32,340 nucleotides of DNA from Octopus bimaculoides. Taxonomy: Eukaryota. The stretch lies in NCBI RefSeq assembly GCF_001194135.2, contig NC_068990.1, positions 81,846,478 to 81,878,817 of the forward strand, given 5' to 3'. The notes below the pieces were generated by a model, which was not told where the DNA came from, did no database searches, and saw only the letters and a program-made list of their open reading frames with translations. Position 1 is the first letter of the stretch; every line of letters starts with the position of its first letter. Both the position numbers and the translations under genes were made by a program. This document shows, in pieces, positions 1-11,825 of this stretch.

Positions 1-38
1 TAGCAAGGTGAGACACACATAAGAAAGAAGGAAACAAA

Positions 39-83
39 GGATCACTGATGAGGTCACAGAAGTGTGACGAAAGAACTCTGGCC
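39..83 (+). ncRNA. Candidate minimal type I hammerhead ribozyme-like motif
   Basis: CTGATGA (45-51), an extra G, a 6-bp stem gtcaca/tgtgac with a gaag loop, GAAA (69-72), G-aa-C-T-C (73-78), and an imperfect stem I ggatca/tggcc. Confidence 0.35.
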
Positions 84-437
84 GAAATAAGATTAAGATT
101 AAGATTAATGTAATATAAAGCTGAAAAAAAAAAAAAATTAACACCAAATATACAGTGCGTGTGTTTTTATTGGCTAAACTGGCAATATGACCATCCCCAA
201 GTACAACAACATCTGTTTCAACACACGATTTCACATAAAAAATCTTGCAAAACAAATATATATATATATATATATATATGTATGAACGTATGAAGGCATG
301 CTTGTTGTTGGTAACAAACTGTTGCCACGTAAAATTTTACACAAAGGGTTGACTAACTCTGCCTTGCTGTGTAGAGTTGCATTTATCTATAATTTCTAGC
401 TTCAACAAAAACAAAATGTCTCTAGATATAGGTGTGC

Positions 438-440
<3 letters not shown>

Positions 441-473
<33 letters not shown>

Positions 474-545
474 NNNNNNNNNNNNNNNNNNNNNNNNNNN
501 NNNNNNNNNNNNNNNNNNNNNNNNNNNNNNNNNNNNNNNNNNNNN

Positions 546-596
<51 letters not shown>

Positions 597-700
597 TGTG
601 TGTGTTATGTATTTTTGTATATGTGTATATATGTGGGTTTATGTATGCATCAGTGTATGTGTATATATGGTCATATGTATATATTTATGTGTGTGTGTGT

Positions 701-740
<40 letters not shown>

Positions 741-760
741 NNNNNNNNNNGTGTGTGTGT

Positions 761-800
<40 letters not shown>

Positions 801-826
801 AATATATGTGTATATATATATGTAAG

Positions 827-858
<32 letters not shown>

Positions 859-908
859 AATATATGTGTATATATATATGTAAGCATATATGTGTATATA
901 TACTTGTT

Positions 909-949
<41 letters not shown>

Positions 950-1110
950 GTATGATTGTGTAAATATATATGTGTGTGTATGTATATATATATATATGTC
1001 TCTGTAAGCAATAGGTGTGTGTGTGTGTGTATATGTACATATATATATGTGTATGTATATATATGTGTGTGTGCATATATATGTTTGTGTGTATGTATAC
1101 ATACGCATAT
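441..1110. repeat. Compound (TG)/(CA)/(TA) microsatellite field containing two assembly gaps
   Basis: Directly visible; N-runs at 474-545 and 741-750. Confidence 0.95.
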
Positions 1111-1111
1111 A

Positions 1112-2464
1112 ACATCATCATAATCATTTAGTGCCTGTTTTCCATACTGGCATGGTTTGGTTGGTTTGACAAGAGCTGCCCACGATCCATGTCTGTTTTG
1201 GCATAGTTTCTATGGCTGCATACCCTTCCTAACACCCAACACCTGACAGAGTGTACTGGATGATCATATGCACAGGTGCATTTATGTTGCACCAGTACCC
1301 ATGAGCCTGCAAGATAAGGAATTCTCAGCTGGAGAGGGATTTAGGAAACAAACCTCTTTGCAAGGACAACCATGCTTTTACTTAGGTTGATGTGTCTTTT
1401 CAAGCACAGCAAGCCACCAGGAGTCTCTGTCAACCCCTCTCTGAGTCCCAAAATCTGTAGATCCTTTTTCAGCGCTGTGTCCCACATCATCCTGAGTCTA
1501 CCCTTTCCACATGTTCCCTCTACAATTAGAGATCAGCATTGCTTGATGCAACTGTCTTCATTCATATGCATTACATGCCAGTCTTCTCTCTTACAAACTA
1601 CATCTGATGCCTCGTATACCCAGTTTTTCTCTCAAATCACAATCTGTTGTATTTGCACACTAAAATTACCCATCTGGTGGAGCATACTAGCTATATTTCT
1701 TTCAAGCCTTCACATATTCTTAGTAGTTGCAGCCGATGTCTCACTGCCATGTAGCATAGTTGTTTGTACACAGGCATCATACAATCTGCCTTTCACTCTG
1801 AAGGAGCAGCCCTTTGTAACTAACAGAGGTAGTAGCTCTCTGAATCTCCCCCAAATTCTGGCAACTATGCTTTCGGAACAACCTCTCCAACTACTAACTT
1901 GGTCACCTTATTAACAGAAACTGTCTGCTACTTCCAAGGATCCTCCCTGACATTTGAGGAAGTCTGTTTTTTCTCCATTCCTGGTGCTTAATGTAGTTGC
2001 ATGTCTACCATGTATAAAGACTACTTTTACTGTTAGTCTTCCACTGATTCAATGCACCTCTTCTGTGTCCATAGCTTGCACTGGGTATAGCTTATGGAGT
2101 TTTTCCCAACACCTCTTCTAGATATCAAGGAGAGCCATCATCCTGTTTTCCTACTTGTCAAAACTTTGATCTTTGCTAACTTAACTATAAGGCCCTTTGA
2201 TTCCGATCTGTGCTTCCATACCTAAAATTTCTTCTCTAGTTCTGGTAGTGATTCAGCAGTAAGAACAAGGTCTTCAGTGTAGAGAGTTCCCAAGGGCAGC
2301 TAGTCTTAATCTCCTCAATTATAACTTGGAGGACCATGATAAACAAGACGGGGCTAAAAACCGATCCATAGGGGACTCCTATCCTATTTGCACACTAAAC
2401 TCCTTGCTATACTCATTGGCAATTCTCACGCTACTGACAGCATCCCTGTACATAGCTTGTACTT
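1112..2464 (-). mobile_element. 5'-truncated, decayed RTE-clade LINE (RT core to 3' UTR and (TGA)n-like tail)
   Basis: Minus-strand translation gives [37 protein letters not shown] (degenerate GVHQGSVLSP and YADD), then GSLEVADSFC*..WGRFRELLPLL..KGRLYDACV..MLHGSET. It contains stops and frameshifts. The 3' tail matches the other copies (ggaagggtatgcagccatagaaac...catgccagtatggaaaacagg...aaatgattatgatgatg). Confidence 0.9.
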
Positions 2465-2695
2465 ATGTATATCTATATATGTATATATGCACATATATAT
2501 GCAATATATGCATATATATATACGTGTATATATATGTTCATATATATGCATATGTATATATATTTACATGTGAATATATAAATGTGTGTGAGTACATATA
2601 TATGTATATGTATGTATATATGCATACATATATACGTATGTATATATGCATATGTACATATATATGCACATATACATATATATGCACATATACAT

Positions 2696-2731
<36 letters not shown>

Positions 2732-3210
2732 GCACATACACATATATACACATATGCATATATATATATATATATNNNNNNNNNNNNNNNNNNNNNNNNN
2801 NNNNNNNNNNNNNNNNNNNNNNNNNNNNNNNNNNNNNNNNNNNNNNNNNNNNNNNNNNNNNNNNNNNNNNNNNNNNNNNNNNNNNNNNNNNNNNNNNNNN
2901 NNNNNNNNNNNNNNNNNNNNNNNNNNNNNNNNNNNNNNNNNNNNNNNNNNNNNNNNNNNNNNNNNNNNNNNNNNNNNNNNNNNNNNNNNNNNNNNNNNNN
3001 NNNNNNNNNNNNNNNNNNNNNNNNNNNNNNNNNNNNNNNNNNNNNNNNNNNNNNNNNNNNNNATATACATATATGTATATATACATATGTGTATATGTGT
3101 ATTTGTATTTGTGTGTGTATATATATATACATATATACATGTATGTATATATACATATGTGTATATGTGTATTTGTATTTGTGTGTGTGTATATATATAT
3201 ATGTATATCC
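2465..3210. repeat. Compound TA/CA/TG microsatellite field with an assembly gap
   Basis: Directly visible; N-run at 2776-3062. Confidence 0.95.
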
Positions 3211-3439
3211 TACATTATCAGCACCACTCAGTGATTAGACATATGCGACTTCTAAGCTACTTAAAGCGTTTGTGACATTTTAACTTCTTCAAGCAAATTT
3301 ACTGCAGTTACTGTTGAGAAAGAAGTCTTCCTTAAATCACATTTTAACAGAGTGAGATATACTAAAAACTTGCTCATGACATTAGCCCATGTATATATAA
3401 GTGTGTAGATATATATGACTGTATATAGTGTATATATGC

Positions 3440-3468
3440 AGATTAATCCTTCTCTGAAGGATTAATCT
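3440..3468. other. Perfect 13-bp hairpin with a 3-nt loop
   Basis: agattaatccttc-tct-gaaggattaatct. Confidence 0.9.
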
Positions 3469-3946
3469 CAGAATCAAATAGCCAATTGGGGAAATTTAAA
3501 TGATTTGACCAATAGGCACAAAGGGAAAGAGAACCAGTTTTTGTGTTTATTATTGGCATAATGACCCAATTCGCAAGACAATGTATATACATAAGATCGG
3601 GATGTAACTGTAGATTTGGTTGTTAATGTTACTTTAGCATTGCATCGTGAATGTATAATCTTTACATGTGTTTCTCCAACTTATAGTTTTATGTAACAAT
3701 TGTTACAAAGACAGTTGAATAATCACCTTATAATACCAGATCATCAGAAACAAATAAATTTATGTCATTGTGTAGTACTGATTGTGACTAAGTAAACTAG
3801 AATACGCTGGTGAAACACATGTAAAGATTATGTAATTTATAGTGTAATGATTTAAAAAGTTTTTATTACTGAAACTGCAATTGTATGTTGATTTTAGATT
3901 TACATCATGTTATTTATTGAAACGAAAATTGCAATAGAAATTATAA

Positions 3947-4164
3947 CCCTTTTCTTATCAAACCACTTCAAAATTCACCTATTTCTTTAATAAACACTTC
4001 TTGTTTTAAAGTTAGCCAAATTAAAATATTCCATCAAAATCTCCTGTAAATTTATGTTCCAAACATCAGCTTAATAATGCTTATTTTATTAAATTTCTAA
4101 TTATTTTCAAAACTGATTGAAATAAAGACCATGTATTGCCATAGAAATAAGATAACAAAAAGGT
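3947..4164. mobile_element. Decayed piggyBac-type MITE (about 218 bp)
   Basis: Left end ataa|cccttttcttatc and right end gataacaaaaaggt|ttaa form an imperfect terminal inverted repeat with TTAA-like flanks. Confidence 0.5.
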
Positions 4165-4261
4165 TTAATATTTGATAGAAAGTTGGACATACATCTATTT
4201 ACATGAAGTTCTAAGGAAATGTTAACTGCTATGCTATCTCATTTGAAATACTAACTTTTCA

Positions 4262-4889
4262 ATATATATATGTGTGTGTGTGAGTGCTTTTTTAATGTAT
4301 ATGTGTGTATAATATATATATATATACATGTATATAAATATTTACATACATGCATAAATATGTATATGATATATATATATAAATATGTGTGTGTGTATAT
4401 ATATGCATATATACATCGTTTTATGAATAGGTATGTATGTACCTATTATATTTACACATGTATTTTATAGATGTGTGTGTATATGTATCTGTATAAGTAT
4501 CTATATATGTATAAATCTGTATACATATATCTATATATAGATATATGTATATATGAAAATGCATATATATGTGTATATAATCATATGAATGACTAAATTA
4601 CAACAGGTGTATAGCCCATTGTTTGTATTATAGCGCATTGTTGTACCATTCAAACCTTTTTATTCTTTACANNNNNNNNNNNNNNNNNNNNNNNNNNNNN
4701 NNNNNNNNNNNNNNNNNNNNNNNNNNNNNNNNNNNNNNNNNNNNNNNNNNNNNNNNNNNNNNNNNNNNNNNNNNNNNNNNNNNNNNNNNNNNNNNNNNNN
4801 NNNNNNNNNNNNNNNNNNNNNNNNNNNNNNNNNNNNNNNNNNGTATATATTTGTATATATGTTATATCTTTATAAATGTATATATATGT

Positions 4890-4920
<31 letters not shown>
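4262..4920. repeat. Degenerate TA/TG microsatellite field with an assembly gap and short (GATA)n
   Basis: Directly visible; N-run at 4672-4842. Confidence 0.9.
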
Positions 4921-5034
4921 AAGAAATAGGGTCAAACGCAGGTGCTATTCAAATCTTTATACTTTCGACATATGTCTCGAAGAAAACATTGATATTATTC
5001 TGGAGGGAATAAAATGATGTAAAACAATGTAGTT

Positions 5035-5137
<103 letters not shown>

Positions 5138-5218
5138 ATGTGTGTGTATGTTTTACTGTGTATGAGGATATATTTTAAAAAATGTATGGGCATATATGTA
5201 TATCATGTATATATGTAC

Positions 5219-5365
5219 AGGTGCAAATATGGGCATATAGTTAAATATGTTTCATGAGCACCTCATACCAAGTCCAGATTCAATCCCATTGTGTGGCACC
5301 TTGGGTATGTGCCTTTTACTATAAACCGTAGGTCAGCCAAAACCTTGTGATTGGATTTGGTATAC
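5219..5365 (+). mobile_element. tRNA-derived CORE-type SINE, degenerate
   Basis: B-box-like gattcaatccc followed by gtggcaccttgggtatgtgccttttactata, which resembles the CORE motif gtgaccttgggcaagt, then gccaaaaccttgtgattggatttggta. Confidence 0.65.
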
Positions 5366-5399
5366 TTTCTCTCTAACAAGAATAGTATTGACAGTGATT

Positions 5400-5530
5400 C
5401 AGGGTTTGGCTAGCTAGCTCATCTTGAGACTGTGCTTGATGAAATTAATTTTGTCTTTATATAGTTTCTGTTGAGATGAAATTTTTCTGGCGTATGTGGC
5501 ATTCAGGTGAATGGCAATTAGGTTGTAGGT
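5400..5530 (-). mobile_element. Possible decayed Penelope-like element fragment (region after the RT core)
   Basis: Minus strand reads TYARKISSQQKLYKDKINFIKHSLKMS*, resembling the recalled PLE pattern RA..I.S....L..E...I...L..NGYP. Short and unverified. Confidence 0.3.
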
Positions 5531-6559
5531 TAAGTTGCAATGGAGTGTTGGAGATATTTTTTATTGGCTGAAATCATTTAATTACATTGTCTTGGAAGGC
5601 TTCTGAGTGGGTTTTTTTTTTCTGATCTCTTGAATACCACTTGGCAACTGCATGGGTACACCAGTTGTCTGTGAACCTTGCTATATGTTCAGCCTAGCTG
5701 AACTTATGCTTTTGGTATTCTGTGATCATGTCCATTCAATCCACTCCATTCCTAAACTACCTCATTTCAGATATGTCCTCTAAGTGACATTCTAAGTATG
5801 GATCGTTCCATGACCCTTTGCATCAGATCCAATTAATGTTCTCTCTTCATAGTAGACCTTAAAATGTATGACATGGCAACAAAATACATGCAGTCTGAAG
5901 GCCAAATAGAAGTGGGGGAGTGATGAAATTGAGGAGGTATTGGAATATATCTACTTAGGGCATGCAGTAATTATGTGCTGAGACATGAATGCTGAATCTC
6001 AAGCAGAAAAGCAGCAGGATAGACTGCATTTACCTCATTAAAAACTAAGCTGAAGAAGGCTGGCCATATCTGCCAGTCTCTTCAATAGCACTGTCCTACC
6101 TGTGTTCGTGTATGTGTGTATGTATGTGTGTGTGTATGTATATATAAGTATATGTACAGTTTTTTTTTAAATCAAAACTGAAGCTGGGAGTTTGTTTTGC
6201 ACCTTGAGTTTCATGCCACTAATCTTCATAGTCATAACTTGCCTGAAGATTCTGTGCACCCAGGAATACTTTTTTTTTTTTCTGACAGTGAACACTACAT
6301 AGGTATATACATTAAAACACACACCTATACATATAATTTTATAATGCGTCTTACATGTGAATCTGCATTAATCTTGATGGCCCCTAGTTTTATTTAAACA
6401 AAAATTGAATGTTTATCTGATTAGCTGTTCAGTGCTTAAAAATTTGTGCACTAATTTGCAAAACAGGTAAAGGGTAGCCAGAGAAATTGCATCTGGCTGT
6501 AAAATCTTATCTCAATAACCTACCTGTAGCTTTGGAAAATAAACATTATATGAGAAAAC

Positions 6560-7142
6560 AGTATATAAATATATATATAGATATATATATATGTGTATGC
6601 ATATGTATCATGTATATGCATATATATATATATTATATATATATGTATAAATGTGTATGTGTGTGTAAGTGTGCATATGCATATATGTGTATAAATGTAT
6701 GGTCCCACCCATGGAGGGCGGACATTAAACAATGATAATATGCATATATGTGTGTGTATATATATGTTTGCATATATATGTGTATATATACACAGTTATA
6801 CATATATGTATACATATCTGAATATGTATTTGTATGATACACATTTTATGTTACCCCGTTGTTGTGACCTGAATTGAATACCAGTGGGGCAGTAGTGTAG
6901 CCCTCTCTCCTGTCAGCTGTTGTATCTCAGATGTGTTTGAAGAATAGGTAGGGGGGCCAAGCTTATATTTCTTCTGGCTTGTGATTATGTTGGCACCTAA
7001 AAGAACTTTTGAAAATTTGGTACATTGTACTTGCCTGCACTTGTTTTCACTTTCATATCTATATATATATGTGTGTATATATACATATATATATATGTAT
7101 ATATACATATATATACATATATATATATATATATAAAATATA
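6560..7142. repeat. Two degenerate TA/TG microsatellite tracts (6560-6840 and 7060-7142)
   Basis: Directly visible alternating purine-pyrimidine sequence. Confidence 0.9.
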
Positions 7143-7604
7143 CATTTCATTTAAATTCACTTTTTCACCCCCTATTTATCGACATAAACCTCTTCATGTT
7201 TCTTTATATTAATTCAATTTAATTATAAATGGTCATTTGTATCCCATGTAATTTAATTAAATATGAAATTTGTTTGGAATTGAAATAATTTATTTGATTT
7301 AAATGAAAAAAAAAAAAAGAAAAAATAATTTGAAGTTTTGATGAAGATGTTTTAATATTGTATTATTCTTAAATATAATTGATGATAAATTGTGTTATTT
7401 AATTCAAAAATGAAAAAGGAATAACATGTAAAATAGGAATGATTTCTTGAATAACTTGCAACTACCAAATTGTATCAGCAGAATCCCAATTGTAAATCTA
7501 CAGAAGCTACTAGAGTTAGAAACAGTTAATGACAAAATAAATATAAATCCCAGCTTTACAAGTAGGAATTTTCCTTTTTAAATCATATGACTTATAAATC
7601 TCAA

Positions 7605-7745
7605 GATAGGTGCATGGCTGTGTTGTTCAGAAGTCCACATTGCAAACCTGTGGTTCCTGGTACAATTTTACTGCAGCAGCAATGCCTTGCGAACTGAATT
7701 TATCTGATAGAAACTATATAAGCTAATTGTAGGTATATGCATGTC
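7605..7745 (+). mobile_element. Degenerate SINE of the same CORE-type family, internally deleted
   Basis: ggtgcatggctgtgttgttcagaagt...gtggttcctggtacaatt...gaatttatctgatagaaact; similar to the head and tail of 5219-5365. Confidence 0.45.
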
Positions 7746-8094
7746 TATGTTATGGCTATATTAAATATATTTGATGGTGAAAACTAGTGTTGCATGCTTC
7801 TTACCATATACAGTGTCATGGTCTTTTGATCGATAGTGACATGAAATATTACAAGACTAAAGTATATACTTGGGTTAATATGAATAACAGAAACCCTTGA
7901 ATGGGCTGCCCTAGTCATCATCAACAGCATCATCCAGTGTTTTAAATCCAGGTTTTGTCCCTGTTAATGGAGGTGGCTGGATCTACCTCAATGCCATAGC
8001 AACCGCCCTCACACCATCTCACCTGGTTTTTGGCGTCTTCCTAGACTGGCTCTGTGATCAAATACTAGTGACTGATGTAGCCATCAGGTTAGTT

Positions 8095-8162
8095 AGATCC
8101 TGTTGATCCATTCATCCCATACCAGCTTGGAACACAGATGTTAAATGATAACGACAACAACA
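8095..8162 (+). mobile_element. Extreme 3' end of an RTE tail
   Basis: atcccataccagcttggaacacagatgttaaatgataacgacaacaac, running into a TG/TA microsatellite. Confidence 0.65.
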
Positions 8163-8164
<2 letters not shown>

Positions 8165-8234
<70 letters not shown>

Positions 8235-8255
8235 TGTATAGATATATATGCATAC
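8165..8255. repeat. (TG)n(TA)n(TATG)n microsatellite directly after an RTE tail
   Basis: Directly visible. Confidence 0.95.
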
Positions 8256-8509
8256 ATCTGTAAAATCCAGGAAGAACTTGCAGTAAACTTTGGCATTAGT
8301 AGTTATACAAACAGTAGAACAGGGCACCGCTGCATAGTGCCAGTGATCCTAGTATTGCCATCAAGATACAAGACCAAATATATCTTGTAACTTGAGTGTA
8401 TGGCTCCTGCCCAATGTCTGTCACATCTTCAGTATCTTTCTCTCCTCTCTTTCTTCTCCTTCTGAGGAAGCCATGTTTCTCTTCTAATGCCAGACCTAAT
8501 TCTGTCCCT

Positions 8510-8700
8510 CTCAGTTGAGGGTTCTTGTCCTGCAAGCTGTTTGGTGACCACACTAATACTGGTTGGCATTGGGAAGGGTATCCAGCTGTAGAAATCATGT
8601 CAAAACAAACAGCAGAGCTTGGTGTAATCTTCTGACTTGCCTCTTCCTGTCAGACCATCCTACCCATGCCAGCATGGAAAATAGTTGTTAAATGAGGATA
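8510..8700 (+). mobile_element. RTE 3'-UTR tail (5'-truncated LINE or tail-sharing SINE)
   Basis: ggttggcattgggaagggtatccagctgtagaaa...acccatgccagcatggaaaatagttgttaaatga; the same motif occurs inverted at 1112-1300. Confidence 0.8.
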
Positions 8701-8814
8701 TGTGTGTGTGTGTCTGTGTTTACCCCCCACGATTGCTTGACAAGCTGTGTAGGTATGTTTACATTGTGATTCAGCAAAAGACCTGATAGAATATGTACAA
8801 AGTTGAAGAAAAAA

Positions 8815-8905
8815 ATATAGTACTGGGGTCGATTCATTTGGTTTACCTGAGGGTGGGGCCCCCAGTGTGACCATAGTCTAACAACTGAAACAAGTAAAAG
8901 GTAAA
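8815..8905 (+). mobile_element. 3' half of a SINE related to the second family
   Basis: gtactggggtcgattcatt...gcccccagtgtgaccatagtctaacaactgaaacaagtaaaag; shares actggggt[ct]gat with 11748-11760. Confidence 0.5.
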
Positions 8906-9189
8906 ATAAAGGCAATCAGGGTTCTTTTCCTCATGATTGGACATCTTTTCACGAAATGTCAAAAATGAAAAATGCTGCTTGTATGACAGTAACACTCATT
9001 TGGCATTTTGTGGCTTATAAAACATGTTTTGGCAGATTACCTATCAGAATTACATTATTACAGGGTAAGACTTTAAGCTGCATCCAGTAGTGGGGACCTT
9101 GGTATGGTAGTTTTGGGGTCTTAAGGAGTGTTGAACCACCTCCTAGCCACTATTGTTCCTAGGTCTTCTCTGATCTGGAGTAGTTGCAC

Positions 9190-9325
9190 TTGTTAGGGTC
9201 CCAGCTATGGGTTAACTACCATGTGTGCTTTCTAAGACATGAGATGATGTCATGAAGGTTGATCTCAGAGACCTTGAACCACTTGAAGGAGCTGACAAAA
9301 GACCAAAATAACTGGTGATATTCAA
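9190..9325 (+). mobile_element. Short, very degenerate RTE ORF 3' end
   Basis: KT*DDVMKVDLRDLEPLEGADKRPK resembles the terminal KTW...V..DL..L.L.....DR..W motif. Weak. Confidence 0.35.
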
Positions 9326-10348
9326 TTCTTCAAAAGACCTGCCCATGTTGGTGAAACTTATATATAAACAACTGAACTTGTTGCCTAATTCCTTCCTCAG
9401 GATATCACTATCACTCAACATCTCTCACTGCAGCATTTTGCTATTATAATTATATGAGAACAGGACAGCACACTTTACTTACTGTTCCGATACGACTTAT
9501 TATTCTCAATTCATGGAAACATTTCATCGTTAATATTGTCCTCTCCACCAACATTTTACATTGATTACTCTCCTGGGTCACAAAATTATCTTTACTTCCC
9601 TACCACCGTAGATCTCTCACTCTCTACCATCTTACACCCTTACAACCTACCTAGACACACATTATCTGACTATCTATCTTTCTCTGAAAGACTCTCTCTC
9701 ATTCTTCCTCTGTTAGTCATCTCTTCTTAGCTTCCTTACCTCAACTCATGTGTCATTGTCTATACCTCAACCTCATGTCTGCCATTCACTATATTCACCT
9801 CTCAACCCTCCTCAGTTGCTATAGCTGTCACCATGTATATCATCCCCTCAACACTTACTTATTTTATAAACCATGTGAGTCATTTCCCATGTCTAATCTC
9901 TCACTCACCCATATACTTTTATAGCCTTGACCTACCCACGAACCCTGCTCTCCTGTGCCCCCTCAATTCTACTCACATAATATTTTAAGGGTCCTCTCTC
10001 ACACCTCCGACACCATTTTATCTCTTTCCAGTTCCACTCTGGTAGCTACTCTATAGCTAGAAACATATTCTTGCCCCTCCTCTTATACTCCACCCCTTAT
10101 CTGGAGTGAAGCCATGTATGTGATGATAGTAGTCCCAGATGTGTCATCATGTGTAGAACCAACCAGGTCTGCCATTGCTTTTCATTGGGTTGTGGAATAT
10201 GGCTAATAATATTGTACCATATAATATATACATGTGTGAAATATGCCAGGTAGTCATGTAAAATGTGGTTTTGTGAAGTATTGGTAGTGATAGGTATTTC
10301 ATATATTATAATTGTAAAGCAGCAATGGTGACATGTTATATGCTTTAA

Positions 10349-10566
10349 CCCTTTAGCATTCAAACCAACCATATCCAGCCCAAATATCCCACTTGTTTCT
10401 TGTTCAAACTGACCAGATCCAGCCTCTCACATCTACCCAACAATGTCATTCTAAAGATAAGCAATCACTTCATCAAGATCTTGAATCTAAGAGATGTTCA
10501 TAATTAATTTAAAACAATGTAAATTAATAAGCATTAGTTTACCAGAATGAACTGAATGCTAAAGAG
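10349..10566. mobile_element. piggyBac-type MITE (218 bp)
   Basis: ttaa|ccctttagcattca ... tgaatgctaaagag|ttga: a 14-bp TIR with one mismatch; target site TTAA/TTGA. Confidence 0.8.
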
Positions 10567-11234
10567 TTGAGGTGAAAAGTAGCTATTGGTACTTGTCATA
10601 GTTTTGTTGTGAAATTCAGTTGGTGGTAGATGATTCGTACAGCACTGGCATTAGATTCATTAGTTGTTGGTGATTTGTATATATTATCTCTGGTTGTAGT
10701 TGTATTTTTCTACAATGCTGTGAAATGTGGCTATGATTAAATGAATCATATGTTAAAGGTGTTAATTATTGCTGGTGGTATAGTACAAGTGTAAAATATA
10801 GCTGGTGGAATACATTTTCTATGTATTGTAGTTATTGAAGATATTTCATACTTAACATGTTAATGTGGTGGTTATCATAATGTTGTAATGTTGTATAAGA
10901 GGCTAAACTAGAAGAATGGGAAATGAAAGTATAGTATATACACTGATGGAATGAAGTTTGACATATGGAATCATGGCAAGAAATAGAAGTAGGGAAGGGA
11001 TTCAGATGAATGAAGAACTAAAATCAAGAGTAAATGGTCAGGAAGAATTTTTGTGGCCCATTTAAAATGTAGAGATGAGGGTATTGTCTGTTAACTCAAC
11101 TCCTACTGCCATAAATAAAATTGCTATTGACTGTTGTACAAAAAATTTGGTTAGAACATCTACGTATGGTAAAATAGTTATTATTAACATTACAAAACTG
11201 ACAATTATTATTTGGCAGGATTATTATTAACTTC

Positions 11235-11400
11235 AGACAAAATGGTTTTTGGTATTTCTTCCAGTTCTCTACATTCTGAATTCAAATCTTTCAAGGTCAA
11301 CTTTGCTTTTTAATCTTTTTTAAGTTGATAAGATAAAGTACTTAATCAAATATTGCTTCTTCTGCCAAATTTCTAGCCTTGTGCCTATGTAAGAAATTGT
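11235..11400 (+). mobile_element. More degenerate copy of the second SINE family
   Basis: acattctgaattcaaatctttcaaggtcaactttgctttttaatc...gataagataaagtac...gccttgtgcctatgtaagaaa; colinear with 11640-11825. Confidence 0.6.
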
Positions 11401-11639
11401 TATTACTATTACTCAGCCAGTGTACCTTTATCTTGCAAAACGGGTTTGTTCCACTTAAAATTGGTGGCAGTGTTGGACTATACGTCCATATGATATTTGG
11501 TTCTTACTCTTCTACATTTTGAAGTAGTGCAAAACTGTTGCTTCTATTGATTTTGCCATATCAACTTTGCAGAGTTGATGTGGCAAAATACCAGGCATAT
11601 AGTGTTGTGGATTGATGTATCTTCAGTATATTAAGAAAG

Positions 11640-11825
11640 AAAAATCCTCATTATTTCTGTTTGTTGCTACGTTCTAAATTCAAATTCTGCCAAGGTTGAC
11701 TTTTGCCTTTCATCCTTTCAGAGTCGATAAAATAAGTACCAGTTGAACACTGGGGTTGATGTTATCTACTTAACCCCTTTCCCAGAATTACTGCCCTTGT
11801 GCCAAAATTTGAAGCCATTATTATA
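11640..11825 (+). mobile_element. Second SINE family (central gcctttcatcctttc..gtcgataaaataagtaccag domain)
   Basis: acgttctaaattcaaattctgccaaggttgacttttgcctttcatcctttcagagtcgataaaataagtaccagttgaacactggggttgatg...cccttgtgccaaaatttgaa. Related copies at 11235-11400, 19375-19430, 21895-21960 and 8815-8905. Superfamily not assigned. Confidence 0.75.

Noticed and set aside
691-800. 50-bp direct repeat on both sides of a 10-N gap
   Set aside because: Most likely overlapping contig ends joined by a placeholder gap (assembly artefact).
337-1127. Many long ORFs rich in Y/I/H/T/C/V here and at 2326-3275, 4270-5257, 6487-7222, 27070-28046 and 29501-31397
   Set aside because: They are translations of TA/CA/TG microsatellites and N-runs, which lack stop codons in most frames.
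1372-1914. 180-aa + strand ORF (also 13918-14357, 14970-15176, 15300-15551, 29982-30209)
   Set aside because: These are antisense shadows of decayed RTE ORFs; the recognisable protein motifs are on the other strand.
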